A stretch of 62,283 nt of DNA, filler included, from Actinomycetota bacterium (lineage in GTDB: Bacteria; Actinomycetota; Acidimicrobiia; Spongiisociales; UBA4744), in assembly GCA_013152275.1 (NCBI GenBank). It is 6 parts of 6 records of this genome, joined end to end, with 100 filler letters (N's around TTAATTAATTAA, not from the genome) between each part and the next. Parts side by side here need not be neighbours in the genome. Positions count along the whole stretch, not along the records: positions 33,262 to 46,053 come from JAADGS010000092.1; positions 46,154 to 52,374 come from JAADGS010000100.1; 4 more parts are not named here. One strand, 5' to 3'. Numbering within the stretch: position 1 is the first letter of the stretch; each line of letters starts with the position of its first letter. The notes beneath the pieces were generated by a model, which was not told the origin of the DNA, made no database searches, and saw only the letters and a program-made list of their open reading frames with translations. This document shows positions 38,638 through 50,228 of this stretch, piece by piece. Position numbers and translations under genes: made by a program.

Positions 38638-40400
38638 GGCGTCGCCCCTTTGGGCATCACGCCGGTCTCGGCAAGCACTTCGCGATATCGGGGTGACTCG
38701 GCGAGCAGCTGGTCGTGCGTCCCTGAGGCGATGATCTCACCGTCGTCGAGCAGCACCACCCTGTCGGCGAGGGTCAGCGTGGAGGTGCGGTGGGCGATGA
38801 TGATGGTCGTGCGGCCTGCCATCACCTCCTCGAGTGCTTCCCTGATCTCCATCTCGGTGACGGCGTCGACCGATGAGGTGGCGTCGTCGAGGATCAAGAC
38901 CCGCGGGTCCCGGAGAATCGCCCGCGCCAGTGCGATCCGCTGGCGTTGACCGCCACTGAGGCTGTAACCGCGCTCTCCGACGACGGTGTCGTAGCCGTCG
39001 GGGAGCCGGCAGATGAACTCGTGCGCCTGCGCGAGACGAGCCGCCAGCCTGACCTGCTCGTCCGTCGCGTCGGGGGCACCGAACGAGATGTTCTCGCCGA
39101 TACTCGCCGAGAACAGAAACGGTTCCTCGAACACCAGCGCCACCTGGCTGCGGAGGTCGTCGATCCGTAGACGGCTGATGTCGACGCCGTCGAGCAGGAT
39201 CGAGCCGCTGTCGGGGTCATAGAAGCGGGGCACGAGGTAGGCGAAGGTCGTCTTGCCCGATCCGGTCGAGCCGACGACCGCGACCGACGTGCCGGCGGGA
39301 ATGGTGAGGTCGACGTCGCGAAGCACGGCGGAACCCTCCGGGTAGGCGAACGAGACATGGGAGAAGCGCAGTGAACCCTGCCCGTCCGGCAGCGGCACCG
39401 GCTTCTCGGGAGTCTCGATGTCCGGCCCGGTCTTGAGCAGCTCGGTCACCCTCGACGCGGCGGCGGCCGACCGGGGAAGCTCGGCGAAGAACCAACCGGT
39501 GATCCGCAGCGGGAACGTCAGCACGGCCATGTACTGGGTGAACGCGACGAAGTCGCCCAGCGTCATCGCCTTCGAGACGACACGGATCCCGCCGATGGCG
39601 AGGACCGCCGCCGTCCCCAGGGCAGGGATCATCTCGAACATCGGCACGAACACCGACCGCAGCCGCAGCATCTTCATCGTCCGCCCGAAGATGCGATCCG
39701 CGCTCCTGCTCAGGCGGTCGACGACCTGCTCCTCCTGGCCATAGGACTTCACGACCCTCACCCCCGCCACCACCTCTTCGACGACCCTGGAGAGGTCGGC
39801 GAGATTCTGCTGCACCTCCCAGGACACTCCCAGAATCCGGGTGGCGTAGCGATTGGCGAGCAGGTACAGCGCCGGTACGGACAGGGAGGCGATGACTCCG
39901 AGCACGGGGTCGAGCGCGATGAGGGCAACGACGATGATGATCGTGAGGGCGACGTTCGCGATCGTGATCGGCATCATGGCGAAGATCAGTCGAACCTGCG
40001 ACAGATCCGACGATGCTCTCGCCATCAGCTCACCCGTCGAGACCTTGTCGTGAAAACTGAACGCGAGGCGCTGGACGTGTTCGAACAGGCGGTTCCGCAA
40101 GTCGGTCTCGGCACGGTACGAGAGACTGAACGCGAAGAATCGGCGGCCACCGATCCCGAGTGCCTTGAGGAATCCGACGGCGACGATCAGCCAGAACAGT
40201 GGCACGAGCAGATCGGGCCGCTTGCCGTCGATGCCTCGGTCCACGACGAGTTTCGTCAGGTATGGCACGAGCGCCACCATCGACATCCACAGCAGGGCGC
40301 TGCCGATCGAGAGCGCCGATGCCTTGCGGTACCGCAACAGCGTCCGGCCGAGGAGGCTCAGCCCGGCCTTCACCGTCGGGTCGCGCAGCGTCGAACTCAT
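38634..40400 (-). CDS. ABC exporter, fused TMD-NBD subunit 1 (degenerate Walker B)
   Basis: GSTGSGKTT, LSGGQRQR, ILDDATS; heterodimer pair with 36856-38637. Confidence 0.95.
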   Translation of the reverse strand: MSSTLRDPTVKAGLSLLGRTLLRYRKASALSIGSALLWMSMVALVPYLTKLVVDRGIDGKRPDLLVPLFWLIVAVGFLKALGIGGRRFFAFSLSYRAETDLRNRLFEHVQRLAFSFHDKVSTGELMARASSDLSQVRLIFAMMPITIANVALTIIIVVALIALDPVLGVIASLSVPALYLLANRYATRILGVSWEVQQNLADLSRVVEEVVAGVRVVKSYGQEEQVVDRLSRSADRIFGRTMKMLRLRSVFVPMFEMIPALGTAAVLAIGGIRVVSKAMTLGDFVAFTQYMAVLTFPLRITGWFFAELPRSAAAASRVTELLKTGPDIETPEKPVPLPDGQGSLRFSHVSFAYPEGSAVLRDVDLTIPAGTSVAVVGSTGSGKTTFAYLVPRFYDPDSGSILLDGVDISRLRIDDLRSQVALVFEEPFLFSASIGENISFGAPDATDEQVRLAARLAQAHEFICRLPDGYDTVVGERGYSLSGGQRQRIALARAILRDPRVLILDDATSSVDAVTEMEIREALEEVMAGRTTIIIAHRTSTLTLADRVVLLDDGEIIASGTHDQLLAESPRYREVLAETGVMPKGATP

Positions 40401-41398
40401 TCGTCGTCCCCGCCATCGGCGTCGTCGGCGTCTTCCCCGCCATCTGCGTCGTCCCCACCGTGGTGCCCATCTGCGTATTCGGCGAAGTACCCGTCAGGAC
40501 CTTCATCTCCGACGGAGTCTCTCTTCGCGTGTTTCGTGGGTCCGGCCGGCTCCAGATCCGGTACCGACCGGCCGAACCGGTGGACAAGCGCCGCCGAGAC
40601 GGATGCAGACACGATGATGACGTAGGCGATCACGTAGAGCCACACCAGCAATACGGCGAGGGTGAACACCGCGAACGTTGCTCCGGGTGCGCCGCCCCGC
40701 CAGTCGATGAACGCCTGGAATGCCAGCGAGAATCCGACGATGCCGCCCGCGGCAAGCGGGGCGGCCAGGGCGATCCCGGGAAGCCGGCGCGGAGGCCCGT
40801 ACCGGTAGAAGAGCCACAGGAACACGAGGATCCCGATCGCCGCTATCGGGACGCGCAGAGCGCTCCAGACCGCGTGGATCCCACCGATCCCGGTCGTCTC
40901 CTCGAGACGATCGGCGATCACCCCGCCGGCGGGGATGAGGACCATCGTGAGGGTGAACACGACCGCTCCGCCGATGGTAAGTGCCATGGCGATGAGGCGG
41001 ACCTTCCACCACGGACGGTCCTCGTCGAGCTCCTCGATCTGGAGCAGCACCCGGATCAGCGTGATCACGCCTCGCGAAGCGGACCAGCCGGCAACGATGA
41101 GGCCGACCGCGATGAAGATCCCCCGCCTCTCGGGAAGCAGCTCGGCGACGCTGCTGAGCACCTGGGCGACCGTCTTCGCCATGTCGGCCGGCAGCAGACC
41201 GGTCAGTGCATCTTCGGTGGCCTTGGCGTCCTTGCCGAGCAGCGACGCGACGATCAGCAGGACCGCCGCGACGGGGACGAGCGCGAAGAAGAGGTTGTAG
41301 GCGACCGCCGCCGCGAGCACGCCCGGCCCGGCGGCGTTGAACCGCTTCCAGAAGCGGACGACGGGCTGGCGTTCGATGCGGTCGATGATCGGTTTCAC
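40397..41398 (-). CDS. YihY/BrkB family membrane protein
   Basis: AAAVAYNLFFALVP, WSASRG, LLVWLY. Confidence 0.88.
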   Translation of the reverse strand: MKPIIDRIERQPVVRFWKRFNAAGPGVLAAAVAYNLFFALVPVAAVLLIVASLLGKDAKATEDALTGLLPADMAKTVAQVLSSVAELLPERRGIFIAVGLIVAGWSASRGVITLIRVLLQIEELDEDRPWWKVRLIAMALTIGGAVVFTLTMVLIPAGGVIADRLEETTGIGGIHAVWSALRVPIAAIGILVFLWLFYRYGPPRRLPGIALAAPLAAGGIVGFSLAFQAFIDWRGGAPGATFAVFTLAVLLVWLYVIAYVIIVSASVSAALVHRFGRSVPDLEPAGPTKHAKRDSVGDEGPDGYFAEYADGHHGGDDADGGEDADDADGGDDE

Positions 41399-41416
41399 CC
41401 CGCAAGGTTAGAAGCT

Positions 41417-41528
41417 CCGTTTCCTGTCAATGCCGGCGTCGAATGGCGACGCCCGCATTGACGAGAAGACACCAACCCCGTTTCCTGTCAATGGCAGCGT
41501 CGAATGGCGACGCCCGCATTGACGAGAA
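41417..41528. repeat. Tandem pair of ~49-bp palindromic REP-like elements
   Basis: TTTCCTGTCAATG..GCGTCG-AATGG-CGACGCCCGCATTGACGAGAA x2, 61-bp period; same family as 11224-11336. Confidence 0.88.
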
Positions 41529-41531
41529 AGG

Positions 41532-41972
41532 TCAGGGTTGGTCGCGCTCCCGCACCCGGAACGAGATCCGGTGCGCCTCGGCGCCGTCGATGGCCACGAC
41601 GAACGAGTAGCCACCGGAGCGCGAGAAGACCAACCCGTTGATCGTGAGCGCCCGAACGATCCCCACGTCGGCGCCGTCCGGAAGCCCTGGAGGGTGCCCT
41701 GCACGAAACGTCTGGGTGATCGTCTTGCCCCCGAACGCGCTGTGGCCGTCCTCGTCGAGCAGATCCACGGACAGGCGGAACTCCTGATCGACCGAGCTCC
41801 ACGGCACCCTGATGCGCACGCCGATCCCGAGGCTCGGATGTCGTGCAGGAAACTTGGTGGCAAACAGCGTGTCCCAACCGCCGCCCAGAACGTACAGCTT
41901 GCCGCCGACCGCCTGGACCGCGTCGGCCAGGATGGCCACCTCGATTTCGGGCTTCGGACCGTACAGTGTCAT
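41532..41972 (-). CDS. Conserved hypothetical protein (DUF6941-like)
   Basis: LADAVQAVGGKLYVLGGGW, LLDEDG, GGYSFVVAIDG. Confidence 0.8.
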   Translation of the reverse strand: MTLYGPKPEIEVAILADAVQAVGGKLYVLGGGWDTLFATKFPARHPSLGIGVRIRVPWSSVDQEFRLSVDLLDEDGHSAFGGKTITQTFRAGHPPGLPDGADVGIVRALTINGLVFSRSGGYSFVVAIDGAEAHRISFRVRERDQP

Positions 41973-41990
41973 GCCTCCAGCCTAAACTTC

Positions 41991-42042
41991 CCGTTCTCGT
42001 GACGGTTGAGCCGGTTTATTCCCGCGAAACGTCACGAGAACG
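41991..42042. repeat. Palindromic element GTTCTCGTGAC...GTCACGAGAAC
   Basis: Copy of 35148-35200 with few substitutions. Confidence 0.88.
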
Positions 42043-42062
42043 AGGGGCCTAGGCTCCACCCG

Positions 42063-43676
<1,614 letters not shown>

Positions 43677-44066
43677 TCGCTCCCCTGGCCCGCTTGGCCT
43701 CGAGCCTGCGGCGCCGGGCCCCGCCGGATGGCCTGGTCGGTTTGCGCGGCTTCGGTTCGGTCATCGCCTCTCGAAGCAGATCGGCGAGCCTGCGCCTGGC
43801 CATCTGCCGGTTCCGCCACTGCGAGCGTGACTCGTCCACCGCGACGGTGACGACCCCGCCGTGGGCTCGGTGTCCGAGGCGAGCCAGCATGCGCTGCTTC
43901 ATCTGTGCGGCGACGGCGTCCGACGCCCCCAGGTCGAAGCTCAGCTCGGCACGGGTCCGTGACCGGTTGGCGTGCTGGCCACCGGGACCGCCGGTCGTCT
44001 CGAAGCGCCAGACCAGCTCATCACCGGGAATCACGAAGTCCTCGGCGACGCGGAGCGGCTCCTCGC

Positions 44067-45398
44067 TCATCGCCCCTCCAGCGCCCGCCGGTCGATCTTG
44101 CCCATCGCCGAGCGCTCCACGGTCTCGACGAGATGCCACACCTTCGGCACCTTGTATCCGGCGAGCCGCTCTCGCGCCCACGTCCGCAAGGCGTCTTCAT
44201 CGATCCCGTCGGCAACGACCGCCGCGTGCAGCGTGGCGCCCCACTGCGGGTCATCGGCTCCCCACACGGCGGCGTCGGACACGGCCGGATGTGCGAGCAG
44301 CACCCGTTCGACCTCGACCGGGTATACGTTCTCTCCCCCGGTCACGACCATGTCGTCGACGCGCCCGAGCACCGTCAGGTTCCCCTCCTCGTCGAGCATG
44401 CCGAGGTCACCGGTGCGGTACGGGCCCACGCGTGGCTCGGCACCCTGATATCCGGGCGAGATCATCGGACCGTCGATCACGATCTCGCCCACGGTCCCCC
44501 GCCCGAGGCTTCGTCCACTCCGGTCGGTGATGCGCAGATCCACCGACGGCAGCGGACGCACGCCGGCTTCTCCCGGCCGGCCCGTGGCGATCTGTGCCGC
44601 CGTCTCGGTGGCGCCGTAGGTGGGCACGGCGGGGATGCCGGCCGCTCGTGCATCGTCGAGCAGCCCCGTCGGGAGCGGGCCGCCTCCCACGAGCACGGTC
44701 GAGAGATCCGGGAACGGCCCTTCGGCGTGTTCGAGGATTCGGGTCAGCATGGTCGGTACGAACGACGCGAACCGCACCTGGTGCAGGAGCGCCGCGGCGC
44801 GCCGTGACTCGAACGCCGGTTCCAGCACGACGGTCCCGCCGACCTGTGCCGATCGGATGAGGATCGAGAGCCCGCCGACGTGATGGAGGGGAAGTACGCA
44901 GAGCCACCCGTCCCCTCGCCGATGGCCCAAGAACGCAGCGGAGGCTTCGGCCGCCGCGACGAGGTTCCGCCGGGTCAGCACCACCCCCTTCGGATGTCCG
45001 GTCGTCCCCGACGTGGGAACCACCGCATAGGGATCATCCGGGTCCGCGCCTGCCGGCTCGGCCGGAGCCCCGTCGAGCTCCACGGAACCGTCGAGGAGCA
45101 GATCGACACCCAGGCGGTCGCACAGATCGTCGACCTCTGCCCGGGTGAGCCGTGCGCCGATCGGAACGAGGATCCCCCCGGCACGGGGAATGGCAAACAT
45201 CGTCACCACCGTCTCGACGTCCGACGAGGCGATGACACCCACGAGTCGACCGGAACGAATCCGCGGGGCGAGCCCGCCTGCGGCGCGCCGCACCATCTGC
45301 TCGATACGGGCGTAGGAGAACGTCCGATCCGGCGTGACGAGGAACGGCACGTCGGGGTTGTGCTCCGCCTGTTCTGCCGGCCAGTCTTTCACGCTCAC
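44067..45398 (-). CDS. menE: O-succinylbenzoate-CoA ligase
   Basis: TSGTTGHPKG, LPLHHVGGL, TYGATET, TGDLG, GGENVYP; divergent from menB. Confidence 0.88.
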   Translation of the reverse strand: MSVKDWPAEQAEHNPDVPFLVTPDRTFSYARIEQMVRRAAGGLAPRIRSGRLVGVIASSDVETVVTMFAIPRAGGILVPIGARLTRAEVDDLCDRLGVDLLLDGSVELDGAPAEPAGADPDDPYAVVPTSGTTGHPKGVVLTRRNLVAAAEASAAFLGHRRGDGWLCVLPLHHVGGLSILIRSAQVGGTVVLEPAFESRRAAALLHQVRFASFVPTMLTRILEHAEGPFPDLSTVLVGGGPLPTGLLDDARAAGIPAVPTYGATETAAQIATGRPGEAGVRPLPSVDLRITDRSGRSLGRGTVGEIVIDGPMISPGYQGAEPRVGPYRTGDLGMLDEEGNLTVLGRVDDMVVTGGENVYPVEVERVLLAHPAVSDAAVWGADDPQWGATLHAAVVADGIDEDALRTWARERLAGYKVPKVWHLVETVERSAMGKIDRRALEGR

Positions 45399-45427
45399 TA
45401 CAGTACCGGGCAAGCAATGGAGGCTCG

Positions 45428-46053
45428 ATGACAAACAGCGTCTCGGAGCTGTTCGATCCGTCCGCGTGGAGGCCGGTCGACGGGTTCACGTTCACCGATA
45501 TCACCTATCACCGGGCCACCGACCAGGGCACGGTCCGCATCGCGTTCAACCGGCCGGAGGTGCGCAACGCGTTCCGGCCGCACACGGTCGACGAGCTCTT
45601 CGCCGCCCTCGACCATGCCCGCATGACCAGCGACGTGGGTGCGGTGCTGCTCACGGGCAACGGACCGTCCCCGAAAGACGGCGGATGGGCGTTCTGCTCG
45701 GGCGGCGACCAACGGATCCGCGGCGCGGACGGCTACCGGTATGAAGGTGAAGGCGGGATCGACCCTGCCCGTCTCGGACGGCTGCACATCCTCGAAGTGC
45801 AACGGCTCATCCGCTTCATGCCCAAGGTCGTCATCGCCGTCGTGCCCGGATGGGCGGTCGGCGGTGGCCACAGCCTCCACGTGGTCTGCGATCTCACCAT
45901 CGCGTCGAAGGAGCACGCCATCTTCAAACAGACGGATGCCGACGTCGCCTCGTTCGACGGCGGGTATGGGTCGGCGCTGCTCGCCCGTCAGATCGGGCAG
46001 AAGAAGGCACGCGAGGTCTTCTTTCTCGGCCACGACTACTCGGCCGACGAGGC
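45428..46053 (+). CDS. menB: 1,4-dihydroxy-2-naphthoyl-CoA synthase (partial)
   Basis: RPEVRNAFRP, AFCSGGDQR, GGGHSLHVVCDLT, SFDGGYGS. Confidence 0.96.
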
Positions 46054-46153
46054 NNNNNNNNNNNNNNNNNNNNNNNNNNNNNNNNNNNNNNNNNNNNTTA
46101 ATTAATTAANNNNNNNNNNNNNNNNNNNNNNNNNNNNNNNNNNNNNNNNNNNN

Positions 46154-46668
46154 CCTTCACCACCCTCATCACCCCCCACGTCTACCCCGAAACCCTCCCC
46201 CCGGACACCATCCGCAACATCCGCACCATGAAAGCCCGCATCGAACACGAGCGCCTCCCACGCGGCGCCGCGTTTCACTTGAAGCTCGGGCCTGGAGGTC
46301 TGACGGACATCGAATTCTTCACCCAGCTTCTTCAGCTTCGCCATGGCGGACTGATTCCGGCGCTCCGTACCCAAGGGACCATATCGGCGCTGAGGGAACT
46401 TGCCCGAGCCGGCATCCTCACCGTCGAGCAAGCCGACACAATGATCGCTGCATACTCCTTCTGCGCCAGAGTCCGCAACCGCCTGTACCTTCAGTTGGGA
46501 AAACCCGCCGATGCGCTCCCGACCGACGGCCTGCAGGAAGTCCGTCTTGGACGCTCGCTCGGGTACGAGGATGCACCGCGGTCGGCGCTCCGTGAGGAGT
46601 ACCGTCGGTTGACGAGGCGAGCCAGGCGGCTGGTCGAGACCGGTTTCTACCACGATTCGATGCGATAG
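46154..46668 (+). CDS. glnE: Glutamine synthetase adenylyltransferase, C-terminal part
   Basis: MKARIEHERLPRG, HLKLGPGGLTDIEF..QLLQL. Confidence 0.92.
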
Positions 46669-46681
46669 CATCCCTGCCACC

Positions 46682-47869
46682 ATGAACTGCACCCCCCAAC
46701 ATCTCAAATCCGTTGTTGAGGAAGTCCTCCCCCTCGCGGTCGAGACACGCCGCCACATCCATCGGTATCCCGAGATCGGACACCAGGAGTTCGCGACGAC
46801 GCAGTACATCGCCGGGATCCTCGCCGACGCCGGTCTCGAACCGCGCGTCCGGCCCGCAAGAGCGGGTCTTGTCGTCGACGTCGGGTCCGTCGATCCCATC
46901 GTCGCTTTTCGCGCCGACATCGACGCCCTCCCCATCCAAGAGAAGACGGGGCTTCCTTTCGAGTCACAACACCCCGGACTCATGCACGCGTGCGGACATG
47001 ACGTGCACAGTGCCGTCGCCGTAGGCATCGCGATCGTGCTGTCCAAGCTCGATGCGCTCGACGGCACGGCCCGCTTCATCTTCCAACCCGCCGAAGAGCA
47101 GTTCCCTGGCGGTGCACAGGACTTGATCGACGAAGGACTCCTCGACGGTACCGACTCTATCATCGCGTTCCATGTGGATCCGACGCTCCCGGCCGGCAAG
47201 ATCGGCTTCCGGGCAGGACCGATCACAGCCTCGTCCGATCAGTTCCGCATCACCGTGGAAGGGCCCGGTGGACACACGGCGAGACCGCACCTCACCGCGG
47301 ATACGGTCTACGCGGCAGGAAGGATCGTTACCGAACTCCCTGCGCTGCTGGATCGCCTGATCGACAGCCGGGTGCCCCTCGTCGTCGTCTTCGGGTCCAT
47401 TCACGGCGGCACCGCCAACAACGTCATCCCGTCGGAGATCGAGTTGCGCGGCACGGCGCGAACACTGGGCCGCGAGGTGTGGGAGCAGATGCCCAAACTC
47501 GTCGACCAGTTGGTCCACGAAATCGCATCACCGACCGGCGCGATCGTCACTGTCGACTACATGACCGGCATCGCCCCGGTCATCAACGACGAACACACGA
47601 TCTCCGAAGCCGCCTTCGCCGTCGGCCAGGTGCTCGGACCGCACTCTGTCGTGTCGACGCAGCCAAGCATGGGGGCCGAGGATTTCTCCGCCTATCTGCA
47701 GGACATCCCGGGTGCAATGTTCCGTCTCGGTGCCGCGCCGGAAGGCCGTGATCCGGTCGATCTGCACTCATCACAGTTCGACGTCGACGAACGGGCGATC
47801 GAAGTGGGGGTCCTCGCGGGAGCGGCAACCTTGCTGGGAATGCTCTCCTGCAACTGGGTCGGCGAGTAG
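46682..47869 (+). CDS. M20D family amidohydrolase
   Basis: RADIDALP, MHACGHD, FQPAEE, GGHTARPH, MGAEDF. Confidence 0.94.
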   Translation: MNCTPQHLKSVVEEVLPLAVETRRHIHRYPEIGHQEFATTQYIAGILADAGLEPRVRPARAGLVVDVGSVDPIVAFRADIDALPIQEKTGLPFESQHPGLMHACGHDVHSAVAVGIAIVLSKLDALDGTARFIFQPAEEQFPGGAQDLIDEGLLDGTDSIIAFHVDPTLPAGKIGFRAGPITASSDQFRITVEGPGGHTARPHLTADTVYAAGRIVTELPALLDRLIDSRVPLVVVFGSIHGGTANNVIPSEIELRGTARTLGREVWEQMPKLVDQLVHEIASPTGAIVTVDYMTGIAPVINDEHTISEAAFAVGQVLGPHSVVSTQPSMGAEDFSAYLQDIPGAMFRLGAAPEGRDPVDLHSSQFDVDERAIEVGVLAGAATLLGMLSCNWVGE

Positions 47870-48017
47870 GGAATCCAACGTACCCGGTACCGCTGCAAGG
47901 TCGCGGGCCGAGCGTGGCGGCCGTGGCGAGACAACGTGCAGCGACGTCGTGCGCCGAGGCGGAGACAAGACGATGCGCGGTCGCCGAGATGCGTCCCGAG
48001 CACTGCCCGGCAGGCTT

Positions 48018-49031
48018 CTACAGCGTGCGGTCGAGCACTCCGGCGAGGCGGCGAACGTCATCCATCAGCTCGGCGAATTCCTCCGGCAGGAGCGCCTGGG
48101 ATCCGTCGACCAGGGCCGACTCAGGCTCTGGATGCACATCGATCATGACCCCGTCGGCACCGGCTGCAATCGCGGCGCGTGTCAACGGGGCAACCAGCGA
48201 CCGTTTCCCCGACGCATGCGACGGATCGACGAAGATCGGCAGATGGCTCATCGACTGGACGACAGGAACTGCGGTGATGTCGAGCGTGTTGCGAGCGGCC
48301 GTCTCGAACGTGCGGATACCCCGTTCCACCAGGATGATCTCGTGGTTGCCTTCCTTGTAGATGTACTCCGCGGCATTCAGCCACTCGTCGATCGTCGCAG
48401 TGAAACCGCGCTTGAGCTGGACCGGCCGGGATTGACGACCGACTTCGCGAAGAAGCGGGAAATTCGCCATGTTCCGGGAACCGATCCGGACGATATCGGC
48501 ATAGGAAGCAACCAAGGCAACATCGCGAGGATCAAGCACCTCGGCAACAAACGGTATCTCGAGCGTTTCTCGTACGGCCGCCAGGAGTTCGAGGCCCTCT
48601 TCGCCAAGCCCCTGGAACGAATATGGGGAACTGCGCGGCTTGAACACATCGCCACGCAGGATGTGTGCGCCGGCCGCCTTGACGGCCTCCCCTGCACGCA
48701 ACAATTGATCGCGATTCTCGACGGCACAGGGACCGGCGATGATTGTGAGTGTCCCTCCACCGATACGGTGACCACCGACATCGATGACGGTGCTCTCTTC
48801 CTGCAGATCACGATCGACGAATCGGAGCGGTCTTGTGACGGACACCGTTCGGGCGACGCCGTCTACCGCTTCCCATGGAATCTGGCGCACCGCATCGAGG
48901 TTGCCCATCGCGCCGATCACTGTTCTGATCTGCCCTTCGGATATGTGAGGCTCGGCACCTGCTGATCGAACCCGCCCGACAACGGCTTCGACCTGCTCGG
49001 GACGTGCGTCCTTCTTCATCACAATGATCAT
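48018..49031 (-). CDS. aroF: DAHP synthase, type I-beta with N-terminal regulatory domain
   Basis: MIIVMKK start, IAGPCAVE, FKPRSSPYSFQGLG, ERGIRTFE, DPSH. Confidence 0.95.
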   Translation of the reverse strand: MIIVMKKDARPEQVEAVVGRVRSAGAEPHISEGQIRTVIGAMGNLDAVRQIPWEAVDGVARTVSVTRPLRFVDRDLQEESTVIDVGGHRIGGGTLTIIAGPCAVENRDQLLRAGEAVKAAGAHILRGDVFKPRSSPYSFQGLGEEGLELLAAVRETLEIPFVAEVLDPRDVALVASYADIVRIGSRNMANFPLLREVGRQSRPVQLKRGFTATIDEWLNAAEYIYKEGNHEIILVERGIRTFETAARNTLDITAVPVVQSMSHLPIFVDPSHASGKRSLVAPLTRAAIAAGADGVMIDVHPEPESALVDGSQALLPEEFAELMDDVRRLAGVLDRTL

Positions 49032-49328
49032 CGATTCACCCGACCCTCGGGTCCACCAATTGCATCCTCCGCACCCTGTGGCCGTCCTCGGCCCTGAACC
49101 CCTCTTCCATTTCGCCGACCGTGTCGGCGTCCTAAATGGTAACGAGTGTTGCGCCCTTATCATCCATCCCGACGAGTGCTCCCATACAACGGGGACCCTG
49201 GACCACCTCATCTGCGGGGACAGGAAGGCTGCCGGGATCCTCGTCGAGCATCTGCTGCGCGATGACGGCGTCCCCGGCAACGGATGGTACCTGGGAAACG
49301 GTGCTTCGGCCGCCCCTACACTCGACAT

Positions 49329-50228
49329 GTGGAACGCATCCTGGTCACCGGAGCGGCTACCTGGACGGGCGCCGGACTGGTCCGACGGCTCAATCGCCAT
49401 GCCGACGCAAAGATCGTTGGCGTAGACGACATCGAGACCTCCACCCCCGCAGGTTTTCATCGGACACGTCTCGACTCGCTCGACTTCGCGAACCGTGTCG
49501 TGGATCTCGCCCCCACGACGGTCCTGCATCTGCAGACCGTCCATCGAGCAGAACGCTCGATCCCGATCGCAGCTCAGACGCTGCTCGGCGCGCTCGGCCG
49601 CCTCCCGACAGTCAGACGGCTCATCGTTCGCTCCGATCTCGCAGTCCATGGAGCGGGCCCGCGGCTGCCATCGGTGATCGCGACCGAGACCCGCTCGACC
49701 GGTGATCCCACGCCATACGAGCGCGCCCTCAGAGACATGGAAGCTTCTGTCGGCTCCTTCGCGCAGGAGCGCCCCGACATCACCGTGACCGTCCTGCGGT
49801 TCGCTCCGATCTTCGGAGGAACCCTGGATAACACGCTCAGTCGTTTTCTCTCTCGTCGCATCGTTCCCACCATCCTCGGCTATGACCCTCGCCTTCAGTT
49901 CCTCCACGAGGACGACGCGATCCGGCTGCTCGAGCACACCCTTGCGCACCCGATCCCCGGCACGTTCGACGTGGCGGCCGATGGCCAGATCTATCTCAGC
50001 CGAACCTTGCGACTCGGAAAACGGATTCCCCAGCCACTCCCAGAGCGCCAATTCCGCAGGGTCGTGCGAACGCTCGAGCTGCGGGATTCCGGCCTTCCCG
50101 AGCACCTCATCCGCCTGTTTCGTCACGGGCGAGTCGTCGATCCGAGTCCACGCATGGAGGTTCTGGGATTCCGACCCGACAGGAATTGCAGAGAGACGGT
50201 CCTCGCGAGCTACGGGCGGAGTCCCTGA
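49329..50228 (+). CDS. NAD-dependent epimerase/dehydratase family protein (Rv0501-like)
   Basis: RILVTGA, VLRFAPIFG, PTILGYDPRLQFLHEDD. Confidence 0.85.
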   Translation: MERILVTGAATWTGAGLVRRLNRHADAKIVGVDDIETSTPAGFHRTRLDSLDFANRVVDLAPTTVLHLQTVHRAERSIPIAAQTLLGALGRLPTVRRLIVRSDLAVHGAGPRLPSVIATETRSTGDPTPYERALRDMEASVGSFAQERPDITVTVLRFAPIFGGTLDNTLSRFLSRRIVPTILGYDPRLQFLHEDDAIRLLEHTLAHPIPGTFDVAADGQIYLSRTLRLGKRIPQPLPERQFRRVVRTLELRDSGLPEHLIRLFRHGRVVDPSPRMEVLGFRPDRNCRETVLASYGRSP

